Shown here one piece after another: positions 25,128-37,959 of a stretch of 46,878 bases of DNA; position 1 is the stretch's first letter; every line of letters begins with the position of its first letter. Source of the stretch: Parasitella parasitica NRRL 2501 (taxonomy: Eukaryota > Fungi > Mucoromycota); the NCBI GenBank assembly GCA_025201805.1, contig MU619417.1, positions 1 to 46,878 of the forward strand, given 5' to 3'. The notes beneath the pieces were generated by a model that worked only from the letters and a program-made list of their open reading frames with translations, did not search any database and was not told where the DNA came from. A program made the position numbers and the translations under genes.

Positions 25128-25787
25128 CTATCTTTTGATGTATAATGTAAATTCGTATTCTAAATCCTTGTATTTCTGGGCGCCTTGAGCAACTCGCTGT
25201 TCGACATAATCCTCCAATTCCTGATGATTTGCCAAACGAAACTTTTTATTGTCGATTGGGGGGAAAAATGTATCGCAAGCCACGGTGGATTTCACTCGGG
25301 TAAGCACAATATGAGAGCATTCTTCGTGTTGCATTGCTAGACTATACATTTGTGCTCCTCCTATAACAAATACGCGGCCATGTTTTGTAGGATCAACAGC
25401 CTCGAGAGCACTCGCAAAAGAATTTTTCAAAACGGCATTTGGTGGTGTAGCCTCAGGAAACCTGCAATTAAAAACAATAAAAGGAAATGTTAGTCAACTT
25501 GTTTTACGCTATTGTTGCTACTCCACTTACAATTTATAGTCAAGGTTTCTGGATACGACAATGTTGAATCGATTGTCTAAAGGCCTGAATTTGGGAGGGA
25601 TGGATTCCCAAGTTACACGGCCCATAATAACCACGTTCTGAACGTTCGGTTGTTCCAATGCTTTAGGTACATGCGTTGTTACTTGTTTGAAGAAGGCCAT
25701 GTCTTTGGGAATATGCCATGGCAAGTTACCTGACACCCCAATACCTAACTCCTCTGTAGCTGCGACGATTAAAGCAAGTTTTGTCAT
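25128..25787 (-). CDS. DFR1: Dihydrofolate reductase, 2 exons
   Basis: LIVAA..LGIG..GNLPWHIPKDMAFFK; NVVIMGRVTWESIP..FRPLDNRFNIVVSR; FVIGGAQMY; CDTFFP. Confidence 0.97.
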
Positions 25788-26643
25788 GTATGTTATTGCT
25801 GAAAAGAGATAACAAACAAATTCAGGTCCATCATCAGTTCGTCTATGATCAGCTGTGACGCTTCAAAAGGTGGCTTGATTTACACAGCATTACGCCAAGG
25901 ATACCCACTTTGCAAGATGTAGCACACACAAGGGCAGCATGCATCATAATCTTGGATGACGTTTAGTGAATAATGCCATGATAAATAATTTAAAGATGCA
26001 GAATGCAATTACCAAATCAGTTTAACCTTGATCCGCAAATTTCCTCATTTTTTCAGGCTTTATTCTTGGTAAAGTGCTAATATTTATTTGGGCAGTTCCA
26101 GTGCTTTTTTATTTTACGAAAAACAATGTATATTTTATCAACATTCCATCCGCAATAGTATGCTGATAGATCATGTCTATGATTCAACAAATACAGGTAG
26201 CCGGACAGTCCGAAAAATGGTGTTTAAAATAACAAAAATCCGGACACCACTCGAACTACTGCTTAATTCGGCCCGGGTTAGCCGGACATTTGTTTGAATC
26301 CAACAAGTGTGCATCAGTTAAAGCATAATAATTGGCAAAAAGTAAAAGCAAGTTGTCTTGGCACATTAAATGAATATTACGCAGTTTTGAATTCTCTTTC
26401 AAATGGTGTAGTTTGGGACATCTTTTCTGCCAAAACAATGAAAGTTACATACAGAACTTGATGAAAAGTCAATCGCTTGGATGTTGATTACATTTGCATA
26501 AACAACATAAGCCACGTACTGTTTGACAGTCGTTTAATTATCCTTTTTTTTGTGACTTTATACAATCAAGCTTTCTACGAAAAAAAAAACTACATTTCCC
26601 CTTCAAAAACATACCAACTTTTTGTTTTCTTGTGGAAGATATT

Positions 26644-28679
26644 ATGGGTTATAAAGCCAAGAACAAGCAAGGTAATCCTGAGCCTCTCGAGAAGCCTGTC
26701 TATGAAGGTCTTTCAAAGAGAGCAAAAGCTAGACTCAACAAGACCAAAGCTGCTGCTGCTGAAAAGAAGAGTAAAAAGCGTCAACATGTAGAAGAGCCCA
26801 AGAAATCCAACAAGAAGGCAAAGAAGGCGGTTGAAGAAAATCCTGAGGAGGATCTCTGGGATAATATTGAAGTTGCTTCTGATGTTGAGAATAGCGATGA
26901 TTTGGACGACGAATTCGATATGGAAAACCTTGATCAAGTCGTTGGTAATGGCGATAAGGAAGAAGAAGAAGAGGATGAGGAAGATGAGGATGAGGATGAG
27001 ACACCAGAAGATTTTCCTCAAGCTAAAGGTGGTTTCCTTGGTTCTGATTCTGAAGAAGAACAAGGTGATGAGATGGATTTTGACCAGGAGGGCGATGAAG
27101 ACGAAGAGGATGATGAATACGACAGCGATGACATTGCAGAGGTATTTGACATCTGCATCACATGTGTGAATAATTAACCGACTGGTTCTTTTTTTCTTTA
27201 TTGCTTTGCAGGGAGAAGGTCTGGATGAACGTAAATCTCGCAAGATTGAAGCTCGTGCAGCTCGGGAAGCTGCTGATGCCGAAGCCGAGTTGTTAGAACA
27301 AGCAAATCAAGACAGTGAGCTTGAAGAAGATGAGCGATACGTTCTACCAGAGGGCGATGAGAATGAGTTGGTTGCCGATGTTACTGTGGTCAGCCAACGC
27401 ATCAAAGAGATTGTCAATGTTCTCAATGATTTCAAAAAGCTTCGTGATCCCAACAGTGATCGCCAAGATTATGTTGATCGTTTAATCAAAGATGTATCCA
27501 ACTACTATGGCTATTCTGAATTTTTGGCCGAGAAGCTCTTTAATTTATTCAGTGTCTCTGAAGCTATTGAATTCTTTGAGGCAAATGAAGTGCCCCGTCC
27601 TGTCACTATCCGTACAAACACCTTGAAGACTCGCCGCCGTGATCTTGCTCAGGCTTTGATTAACCGTGGCGTTAATTTGGAACCCATTGGTAAATGGAGT
27701 AAAGTAGGCCTTCAAGTATTTGACAGTAGCGTCCCTATCGGTGCTACTCCTGAATATCTTGCTGGTCATTATATGCTTCAAGCCGCATCTTCTTTCCTGC
27801 CCGTCATGGCATTAGCTCCTCAACCCAATGAACGTGTGCTCGATATGGCCTCTGCTCCGGGTGGTAAAACCACATACATCGCTGCTTTGCAAAAGAATAC
27901 AGGTATGGTGTTTGCCAATGATGCCACCAAGGATCGTTTAAAGTCCTTGATCGCCAATATTCATCGTATGGGAGTCAAAAACGCAGTTGTTTGTAACTAT
28001 GATGGCCGTGAATTCCCCAAGGTCATTGGCGGATTTGACAGAGTTTTACTTGATGCGCCCTGCTCAGGTACAGGTGTCATTTCGAAAGATCCCAGTGTCA
28101 AATTGAACAAGACTGAGAAAGACTTTATTGATATCCCTTTCCTTCAGAAGCAACTTATTTTATCTGCTATTGATTCAGTTGATGCCAAATCAAAGACTGG
28201 TGGCTATATTGTATATTCGACATGTTCGGTTACAGTGGAGGAAAACGAAGCAGTTGTGAATTATGCTTTATCGAAGCGTCCTAATGTAAAGCTGGTTTCC
28301 ACTACTCTTGATTTTGGTCGCGAAGGTTTTGTTTCTTACCGTGGAAAGACATTCCACCCTAGCGTCAAATTAACTCGTCGTTTCTACCCACATGTCCACA
28401 ATATGGATGGTTTCTATGTTGCAAAGTTCAAGAAATTGAACAACAAATATGATAACCACAAGGATGAAGAATTGAAGAGCCATCAAGATGATGATCATAA
28501 CAAAGAAACTCAAGAAAACAAGAAAAAGACTGAGCAATCTCTTGCTTTCAACAATGAAGAGGATTCTAAATATATTGAAGGTAAGTTTATCTGTTTTACT
28601 AGCGTGTTGCTCTCGATACTAAATTGTATATGCAGAATCCAAACTGACTCAAAGAAAGAAAAAGGGTCTCAGGAAATAA
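26644..28679 (+). CDS. NOP2: 25S rRNA cytosine-C5 methyltransferase Nop2, 3 exons
   Basis: Acidic N-terminus; RTNTLKTRRRDL; GATPEYLAGHY; LDMASAPGGKTT; FDRVLLDAPCSG; YSTCS; HNMDGF. Confidence 0.98.
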
Positions 28680-28838
28680 AAATCTCCATATTCATTTGTT
28701 ATCATCTTTCAAACCTTTTCTTATAAATAAACTTGTTCCATATATTAGATTTTTTTTCAAAGCAAAATTCTACTGTTCGTATGTATATATATTTATGGCA
28801 TTTATTTACAAGTGATCTAAAGGGAATGCTTTTCTATA

Positions 28839-29258
28839 TTATGCACATGGCCTATGACGATGCTTCTCAAGAAGTTTTGTCAATAAAACTGCCTTTTCAT
28901 TTTTGCATGCACGTTCCAGTTGGTCTTCCAAGTTTGGTATACTTCCATAGTATTTGCTTTGGATTCGGGTTGGTATTTCTGCCTTTTCAGGATTCAGGGA
29001 GGTATCTTCTTCATCTTCAACTATTGTTTTTTCACTAATTTGGAAATCAAAGGCGGGGCAATCAACCGGTAAAGGCTTTCTCCATAATTTCTTTTCTGTA
29101 GGAAGAGTGATATCGGCATGCTGTGGCACAGCTGGTGGTATATCCTTAGGCTCTATTTGATTTGTGCTGCTGGGAGCAATGCATGCTGAAAAACTAAAGT
29201 TATTTAATTGCTGACTGATTCTGTTTTTCCAGAGTCTTCTGATTTTTGATTCTGACAT
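28839..29258 (-). CDS. Hypothetical protein (139 aa)
   Basis: ATG-initiated single-exon ORF with plausible composition; no domain recognised. Confidence 0.6.
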   Translation of the reverse strand: MSESKIRRLWKNRISQQLNNFSFSACIAPSSTNQIEPKDIPPAVPQHADITLPTEKKLWRKPLPVDCPAFDFQISEKTIVEDEEDTSLNPEKAEIPTRIQSKYYGSIPNLEDQLERACKNEKAVLLTKLLEKHRHRPCA

Positions 29259-30386
29259 TGGATTTATACAAGTTGACTTGTTGCAGAAAAAGAAGAGGAA
29301 ATGAAGAGCGATGAAAATAGACCATGATAAAATTCACACTATTTATATGTATTTCAATTCCGGCATTATAGTACAAGCAAGAGCCCTATCCACAAGCTAA
29401 TAATAGCATTTCTCCATGTAAACACTTGAGTAGTTTATTTTTTCTTGGATTCGCATTATTGGATTCAAATGTCACCTAAGCTTATCTTTTTGACAGCGAT
29501 TGAATATGTCTGCTTTTTTCTTGATGTGTATACGCATAGTTTCATGTTACCTTGAACCCTACATGTTACACACTTAAATGTCTGAGTCTTCGTTTGATTT
29601 TTCATACATGATAGTTGATATTTGTATACAAATCAATTAGCCAAGACCAGGACCAAGCACTAATCTTTTTCGAGATATTTTGCCGTACTATGATTTCCTG
29701 CCTTGAAAGAAGGCTATAAATAGACTTTTGTATACTCTCTTTCCTTACTTCTTGTTTAAGGTTGGCCCCCGAAGATAATTGTTTTCCCCTTTTTGATTAT
29801 TTAATTCATCCGAGACATCAAATAGCAGATGACGGAGAACAATCTGGTTGTGCACCCACACAAAAAAAAAAAAAAAAAAACGAACAATTATTACCACCAA
29901 GCGCAATTTTCATTGTAAAATTCATTAGTAAAGGGAGATCTCCCCATGCATCTCCCCTTCACTCCCTCTTCTCATGACAACAACTTGATATCCTGGCACA
30001 ATTTACTTGTTTAAATTAGTAAAAACCTCGAGCAACTTGATATTTATTTAGAAAACAAAGAAATTGCACTATGGTATAAGCATGGCAGGCTAACTTTGGT
30101 GTGATTTTTGGGTTCCTTGGTATAATATAAACCAAAGTAAATTAAAATTTTGTAAACATCTTGGCTGCTACCAAGTTGCCCTCAAGGATCTACATAAAAT
30201 ATAAACATACCTGAAGTTTCTGATCTCTTATTTTTAATTTGAGAAACAGTAGATTAAATAAGCCCATTTCTTCATTTACTACCGCTATAATTTCAATCAA
30301 AAATTCTCTGTGCACATCAGAATGATAACCTTAGTAAAAATAATCAATTGCTTATGCATCTTGTTAAGTTGTCAATATTACATGCA

Positions 30387-30387
<1 letters not shown>

Positions 30388-30425
<38 letters not shown>

Positions 30426-30435
30426 NNNNNNNNNN
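30388..30435. other. Poly-T tract followed by a 10-N gap (30426-30435)
   Basis: Visible directly in the sequence. Confidence 0.95.
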
Positions 30436-30652
30436 CTGAATTTCAAGTTTTTAAAGTGTTGTAATACATCTTTCTTGTACACAAGATACAATTACTTCAA
30501 AAACGAGAAAGAATCATTGAACAAGATGAATGAATTACTCTTCTCTCTTGCTCTTCCTTTATCGTTTATTTCTTTTTTTATCTTTTTTTTTATTGCTTGT
30601 CATTATTTGACATTATAACGAATAGAACCGGAAAAAACATAGATACATATAA

Positions 30653-31979
30653 ATGGGAGCAAAACATTCTCGACAATTGAACGAAAATCATCAAAGAGGC
30701 AGTATTCAACAACAATCAGAGTCAATTAATGTGGATTCAAGAAAGCCTCGATCGGCAACCTCAGTCATTATTGATGGCCGAGACTACCATGTTGACGAAA
30801 TTGGAGTGTATACTTTACCAAGAGACGAACTAGAGCAAGATAGACTGAATTCCGTAAGACACCTCCGTTTATTTTACGTAATTTTAATCCTTATATTTAT
30901 ATATCATACATGATAGCAACATTTTTCATTAAAAGCGCTTTACAATGGGTAAAAAGTACAAATACATGTCATATAGAACAACGATTAAAAGTTTGGATTT
31001 TGCTCAGCAGAAATGTTTTACCCACAGTTGAAAAATTGCTACCATCAAATGCAAAGATTCTGGATCTTGGCTGTGGATCAGGATGCTGGGTTATGGTATA
31101 CCATGTTGTTGTTTTAGACTATTCTGATACAAAGATTTTTTTTTTTAACCCAAATTAATTAGGAAATGGCCATTGACTGTCCCCAATGCCAAATCATTGG
31201 GCTTGATATGGCCGACATGTTTCCAACTACGATCAGACCTGAAAATGTTAAATTCGAGCTACATAACATGCTGAATGGATTACCTTACCCTGATCAAACA
31301 TTCGATTATGTTCATATGCGATTATTGGTCACTGGTCTGCGCACAAAAGAATGGCCTGTGGTCATAGCTGAAATTTATCGGGTGCTTAAACCCGGGGGAC
31401 TCGTGCAACTCGTGGAGTCGGATTTTACTGTAAGAAAAAAAAAGAAGCACGATATGATAGAATGCCCGCATCTAAAATATGTATAAACATATATCGATAG
31501 GAAGAGTCCCATTCACAGATAGTCGAGGCATTTAATAAAGAGCGTGAGTCATTCTTCTGTACGTTTGTAGTATACGTGATATACGATTGACATAATGAAT
31601 ACACAGTTCGTGATGCCATGGTAGAGATTGATCAAGATCCATGGATTGGTTCGAAATTGGGATCTCTACTTGATCAAGCTGGTTTTAACGTTTTAGAGTC
31701 AAATGAAAAATATCTAGACTACAGTAAGGATATGGGGTAAATGTTGTATACGTACACTAAATATCACTACAAGGTTTACCATTGAGTCCAATCTCCAACG
31801 AAATGCTAATAAATTGGAGGAATGCCATGTTGTCCATCAAACCATTGCTCGCTCATCGGTTCAGTGCAAGTAAAACTACCGACAAGTACAACTCAGAAGT
31901 GGATCGTTACATAGAAGGCATTACGCACGCAGGATGGAAAGTGAAATTATGGGCATTATGTGGACAAAAGAAAATCTAA
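30653..31979 (+). CDS. Class I SAM-dependent methyltransferase (LaeA/TAM-like fungal family), multi-exon
   Basis: YTLPRDELEQDRLNS|QHF; KILDLGCGSGCW; GLPYPDQTFDYVHMR; EIYRVLKPGGLVQLVE; MG-start consistent with N-myristoylation. Confidence 0.9.
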
Positions 31980-32579
31980 ATAAACAAATTCAGGGTCCAT
32001 CGACAGCGTGCTATTACCTATCAAAATATACTAAACTGGGAACACAGGTGGAATTAGACTCTCTTTTTTCTCTTTTAATGTAGCACTATACAAATTGCTC
32101 AAAACTGATGCTTCCATGCGTAATATGAGTATCGTGTGTGAGTTATGCGTGTGTCTTTAGCGTGAGATACATGGCTTTATGAAACGCTTTCGTTTACATG
32201 TACAAGATAAGTTTCAGATCTGTAATATTGTTTTTTTCATGCAGTTTCTTTTTTTTTTTTTTTTAATTTTTTTTTATTACTAATATATACGTAGCTGTGC
32301 AACTATTGAAAATATATATGAGAGAAAAAAAAGAGAAAAAAAGGGAGGGAAATGTTGCATATGAAAATGAGAGAAGGAAAAGAATGATTCTATAGAGAAG
32401 CAACAAAATAAAGGGGAGACGTATGAAAAATGTTTGTATAAAAATTAAGATTGGGTCTTTGTCTAGTATGAATCGAATAATAATAATAAAAAAAGTGAGA
32501 AGGGAGAGTTTTACTACAAATGATGGCTATGATATGCGTGTTGGATTAAAAAGGGGGGCCGTTTGGGGAGTTGCTTTGC

Positions 32580-32999
32580 TTATATCATATATCCTTCGAA
32601 CTCATCTGTACCAAGAATATCACGATTCCCAGATCTATAGCGTACCATCCACTTGCCATTTGGTAGTTTGACATAAAAATTTGAGTACGGAAATTCGTTT
32701 GCTTTGCAATAAGTTGGGCTAAATGGCGGAATGACAAGCGCAGATGCCCTTGATTCATTAGCGCTACCACTGTAGCTATCAACTAATACTTTCTTGCGCC
32801 TGTTGTGTGAGCGTCGCTCGATTGAGCATGACGATCCTTTTGATGAATTGCTTTCATTGGAAGATGTTGATAAACGTCGATTACTATCCTCTGATGTGCG
32901 GAACAGATGGGAGAGTCTATTCCAAACAGTCTTCATTGTCGATGAGTCGTCCGAACTTATTGAATTGTTGTCATGCTTTTTGCGATTATAGTCAATCAT
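32580..32999 (-). CDS. Hypothetical Ser-rich protein (139 aa) with an ordered aromatic C-terminal module
   Basis: ATG-initiated ORF; C-terminus PFSPTYCKANEFPYSNFYVKLPNGKWMVRYRSGNRDIL looks like a small folded domain. Confidence 0.75.
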   Translation of the reverse strand: MIDYNRKKHDNNSISSDDSSTMKTVWNRLSHLFRTSEDSNRRLSTSSNESNSSKGSSCSIERRSHNRRKKVLVDSYSGSANESRASALVIPPFSPTYCKANEFPYSNFYVKLPNGKWMVRYRSGNRDILGTDEFEGYMI

Positions 33000-35900
33000 G
33001 TAGGTATAAATATAAGAATAGTGAAAAAAGGGTTGATTTTACCCAAGAAATTGAAAGAAAGCGCTTATATTTATACAAACAACAAATTTGGTTTGAATGA
33101 GCGAGAACAATGCAGCCAATCATGACAATGGACAAGATGGCACTTGACACCAGGCGATTTGATATAAATGGAAATATTTCGTGCAAAAAGGTAGCACAAA
33201 GCCTGATATTCATCAAACGGGTGGGATAAGCTATTTTTAACAGGTGCAATTTATCGCCTCCTTGGGGAGATACTGTTGTGCTGAAAAAATAAAAGCATCC
33301 GGTTGAATGAGTTAATGTAAATGAGTGCGCAAAATAACATCTTTACACAAAGAGAACATTTCATTTCAAACCATACATGAGTCATATCAGCAATGATACC
33401 CACGCAGTGTGAAAGTGTCATTGTCTTACTATACACACAAGTGCGAAGCGTTCTAGTAGACTAGGTTGTTAGCGCTGAATGATGTATTGCAATCGCAGCC
33501 TTGACTCTTTTTCTCTCTGAACCAGGATAAATAAAAAAACTAATAATAGTAGTATCATCTCTTTGTGGAATTTCTCGAATACAAAACATCACCCTGCAGA
33601 TTGATTAAAAGGCATAGTATCTCGTGTACATTATTCACCCATCTCCTGAGCCAGATTTTTGTCTCATTCATGGATCGCCAAACATATCGAGCTTTTTGTT
33701 TCGGGAAATTTTTCGATTATTGAAGATCTTTCTTGTAGCATTACTTTGCCACGACTACAAGTTTTGACCAACGACATCGCTATATAATCCCTCAACGATG
33801 GATTAAGAGCTGAAAAAGGAAGTTGCAGATGCAATGCAAACAAGCATCGATCTATATATGTCTGTTTCTCTTTTTTTTTTTTTTTTTCTTTTTTTTTTTC
33901 TCGCTAATGTGTGCATGAAATTTCATAATTATATCAAATACCATCCCTTGACTTGTTACGTAAGCTCATTGCCACTTATCCAGTAAGAACATTTAGCGGC
34001 AAAAAAGTACTACACAGGGTGATTTAATATTATTTAGTGTCAAGTATGCACAAACTCATCCCATGTAGATACAAACAATCAGTAAACCCATCATGATGTA
34101 GTTTATACAGTTTTTGGTAAATAAATTTGCTTATCTTGCTCAAGTTGCCGCTGATTCTGATGCAAGTATGCATGAAAAAGCTTGTTACACTGATGTAAGA
34201 GGGGTTTGTACGGCTTTACACTGAGAATATACTAATTAAAAGTGCGTTGGATCATGGCAGATTACATTTAAAAAAAAAAAGGTCAACAAATGCAGATACA
34301 AGGGATTCATCAGACCGTGTGCATACAATAATACAAAAAGAGCATGCATATGAATGCATCACTATTTCTGTTTTACATACATAAATTTAGTTTGGCGGTG
34401 CGCAATACAAGTGGCCACATTACTACATTTGGGCATATTTATACTGTATGCAATTATAGAATAGATTGGTAGTTCTCATATAGCAGCCATGTGTATATAT
34501 CAAACACTTAAAAAGCGCGCTTATATACACTTGCAATTTTTCGAAAAAGACTTGATTTAATTTGTATTATTTGTATAAGCTGCCGTTTCTAGTGTGTTAT
34601 TTCAATTGACGTTTGTCAATTAAAAACTCTTGACCTGAATACATTCGTCTAGTCATGTTATATGAGTGGTGCTATATTGGAATGTCATCATCATTACGTT
34701 TGTGTGATATACCTTGCACAAAATGATCAGACTTATTTACAAGAATTGCTTTAGAGTTTCAAGGGGTTAGTAGTTCATGCAAACACATCATTTTAAAGTG
34801 GATGATGTGTCAGCAATCAACTGACGAAACTATGCAATAACACATCATTTTATTTTCATCGAGGCGTGTCTCTTCAGGCTCTATTGTCAATCAGTTGTCA
34901 GCTTACCTTGAAGTTCTACCTTTGAAGTATTACTCAAGATTAAAATTTGTGTATATTTAAAACCCTTTCGAACATCTTTTGATGTTTATGGATCCAATGT
35001 TTTATAAATGGTTCGTTGGTAAGCGATAAACGACAAGGCATTTAATTGTTGAGTAAATGTTGTGCAGGCATGGTAGGTTTGCGGTTTTGCTGGTGCTTTA
35101 AAGTATCACTTGATTCAGACTAATACTACTTTGGATGTTAAATTCTGTGTATATTCTCGTTAAAATTGTTAAAATTCAATGGATTTTTTTGATCTATTTT
35201 ATGGCAGAAATGCATCAGATAGTGAAAACATGATTTCCACTTAATAAACAATAATGCGCAAAAAGAAACTTTTTGCACAACGATATAATATTGGGGTATT
35301 TGACGCAGAAATCGTCGAGCTACTACGAGCCGATACAAAGAACCATCTCTTTGAGGATACCGTAAGAACTCATCAAATCGCCATTACCATTTCTTTAATT
35401 GTCCATTTTTCAATATATCCGTCATTGAAAAATATGAGCACTTGCATTAGTAGCATCCTGATTAGTGCCCTCGCTGAATAGCGCACATGGACAGAAAACC
35501 TTCACAAACAAACAGATGGGCCTTAAAGAAGCTTTTATTTGGATGCTTATGAACGTTTTGTTAATTGCCCTTGCTAAGCTTAATTTGTTTCTTGGATCAA
35601 GTACCTTGCTTTTTTCTTCGCTTTAAATTCATAAAGTCTGCTCCAAAAGGCTTTGGTTAATCAAATCTTGATCGATCACATGCCATCTTACTTTGATTTT
35701 GATGTATCATTACCATTTACGTATTACTTACAAATATATCATCTTTCAGACTAAAATGTATCTTCCTTCAGACGAAAGCTTTGGTTGAAAGTTTATTTAC
35801 AACACATACCATCGGGTACAAAATTAAATTATCTACAAACGTACTTAAAACGATAATCTAATTGTCTTCGAACTGTGTATCATCATCATACGGATACCAT

Positions 35901-36827
35901 ACCCCACGAAAAAGATCTCATTGCATATTTTGAATTGTTGATAGTAAACTACAATTTTGCAGGTGATTATTAAGTATCACGCTCATTATACATCAACCTA
36001 GCTTATTTCTTTGGCTTTACATTTATGATTGAACCATTAAATACTAAGGACGTTGCGTAAAACCTCTTAGGATCCTACCAAATAAATTTTAATTCTGTTG
36101 CTTTCATACTGATTGCCCAATCTTGTAAATTGTAGGGTTATCTTGTATATGTGCTTTTCTAAATTTGAAAGTGCTTACAAGTTGTAACATGCACAAAACA
36201 TCATGACTCTTTGACCAGCCTCATAATCAAGTGGCCTGGAAAATCGTGCATGGAGTGATTCTTAATGTGATCCTATTCGTGTGAAACTATATGGGTAAGC
36301 TCCCTCAAGGCGATTGTAAGCAAATACGAAGAAATAGTTGATGATTATTTTCCATCTTTGAACAAACAAAAGATTTGCATTCTCACAAAGGGATAAAATG
36401 GTTTGATTGAAATCGCTGTGCAGTCTTTCCATAAGTGGAACAACTCTAATCTTAAAAAATGTAAGAGGGATAATGAGTACATTTGAACCCCACTTGTCCA
36501 AATATCAAAGGGTTTGGCTTTCAGTATGGACCCATCTTTCAATAATTATACACTATATATGATAGCAAAGCATAAATATTGGCATTGTCTTTGTTTTCGT
36601 AATCTTCATTTGGAGTTTAATGGCTTACTTGGCTGGCCACATTCGTTTAATAAGCGATTGGATAGTCAACCACTATGTCCAGAGCATAATTGCTCTCTAA
36701 ATATCTCTTGATACACTGTAATCAGCTCAACAACAAAAGTCAAGATTTTTGTATTTAAATACCCATTTTTCACGCGAATTTTTTCTTTAATGTAAAAAAA
36801 AAAAAAAGAGATACATAGATACTACAC

Positions 36828-37959
36828 TTAATAGAAGGTGGTGGGACGCTTGGCAACAAAAAGAGCACGGTGCTTCTTGTCAACGTTAGCAAGACGGTGA
36901 GGCAAGGGGAAGGCGAGCTTGGGGGTCAAGAGTTGCTTGATGTATTGACGGCGAACATCAGCATCCTTAACCTCAGCAACACGGATGATTTGAACAGATC
37001 TAAAACGAGCACGGTGGCGGGCAGCCATGTCTTGATAGCAGTTCTCAACAGCTTCAGTACGACGCATGGCACGGTATTCCTTATACATGTTGTGAGTGCC
37101 GGAACGAGAGTCGTAACGGATCCAGATACCAAAGTTTTTGATTTGCTCAGGACGCTTCTCGGAGATCTGCGTTTATCGTGTTAGTCACCTACCAAGATGC
37201 AATATTAACTAAAATTTACCTTGTTTAAGGAGACAATCTCACCAGCAGCCTTCTTGACCTTGCGAAGCTTCTTCAAAAAGTACCAGAAACGAGATTTGGC
37301 AACAACGTCATTAGGGGCGAAGATTCTCATACGGTAAAGCTTGGGAGAAGCTTCTTGAGCTGAGGGGAGCTTACGTCCAACAACCTACGAATTCATGTTA
37401 GTATTAAGCTTCCTGACATTTTTAGCTAATATAAACTTACTTGATATTCGGTAAACTGAGGAATTAAAAAAAAATAAATGATAATTAGTAAAACTGATTT
37501 GATTTTTGATAGTTCGAGCTTCAGTTTAACAATTGAACCAAGAGAGAAATAACGAATAATGATAAAATTGGGGGCTGGACGTCTTCATTCTGCATTGACT
37601 GCTTGATATTAATCAAAGTCGTGAATAGTATGGTGTTTAGAATGTCTAACCGGGATCGATTCTGAGGAGATTCTGTATCAAAAGATCGCAAGTTTCTAAA
37701 TGCTACATATCCATCCACCCCAAAGTCCATCCATCCATCCATTCTAAACGCATCTATTCTGCTATTTTCTGCTTGCTTGCCATTGTTGCCATGGTAACCA
37801 CAAATCCATACCATGCTTTTATTCTACTTGTTGCATGATTATAAAAATCCATCCATCACAGTAAAATTCCATCCACCCTTCATATTCATTATTTCTCTCT
37901 CATTCTACTGTCATTTAAGCTATAGCTCCTTATTCATGGTATCTTACTCTGCTAGCCAT
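36828..37959 (-). CDS. RPL20: 60S ribosomal protein eL20 (L20/L18a), 4 exons
   Basis: Exons 37959-37948 (MASR), 37455-37441 (FTEYQ), 37384-37220 and 37166-36828; [46 protein letters not shown]. Confidence 0.98.
37517..37592 (-). ncRNA. Possible intronic box C/D snoRNA in RPL20 intron 1
   Basis: C-like box ATGAAGA (37588-37582) and D box CTGA (37524-37521) spanning ~68 nt in an unusually long intron. No rRNA target verified. Confidence 0.25.

Noticed and set aside
26713-27243. Hydrophobic antisense ORF (176 aa) over NOP2
   Set aside because: Shadow frame of the GAA/GAT-rich acidic coding strand.
24340-28679. CAB5-DHFR-NOP2 as a functional metabolic cluster
   Set aside because: Unrelated housekeeping pathways; adjacency alone is not evidence of a cluster.
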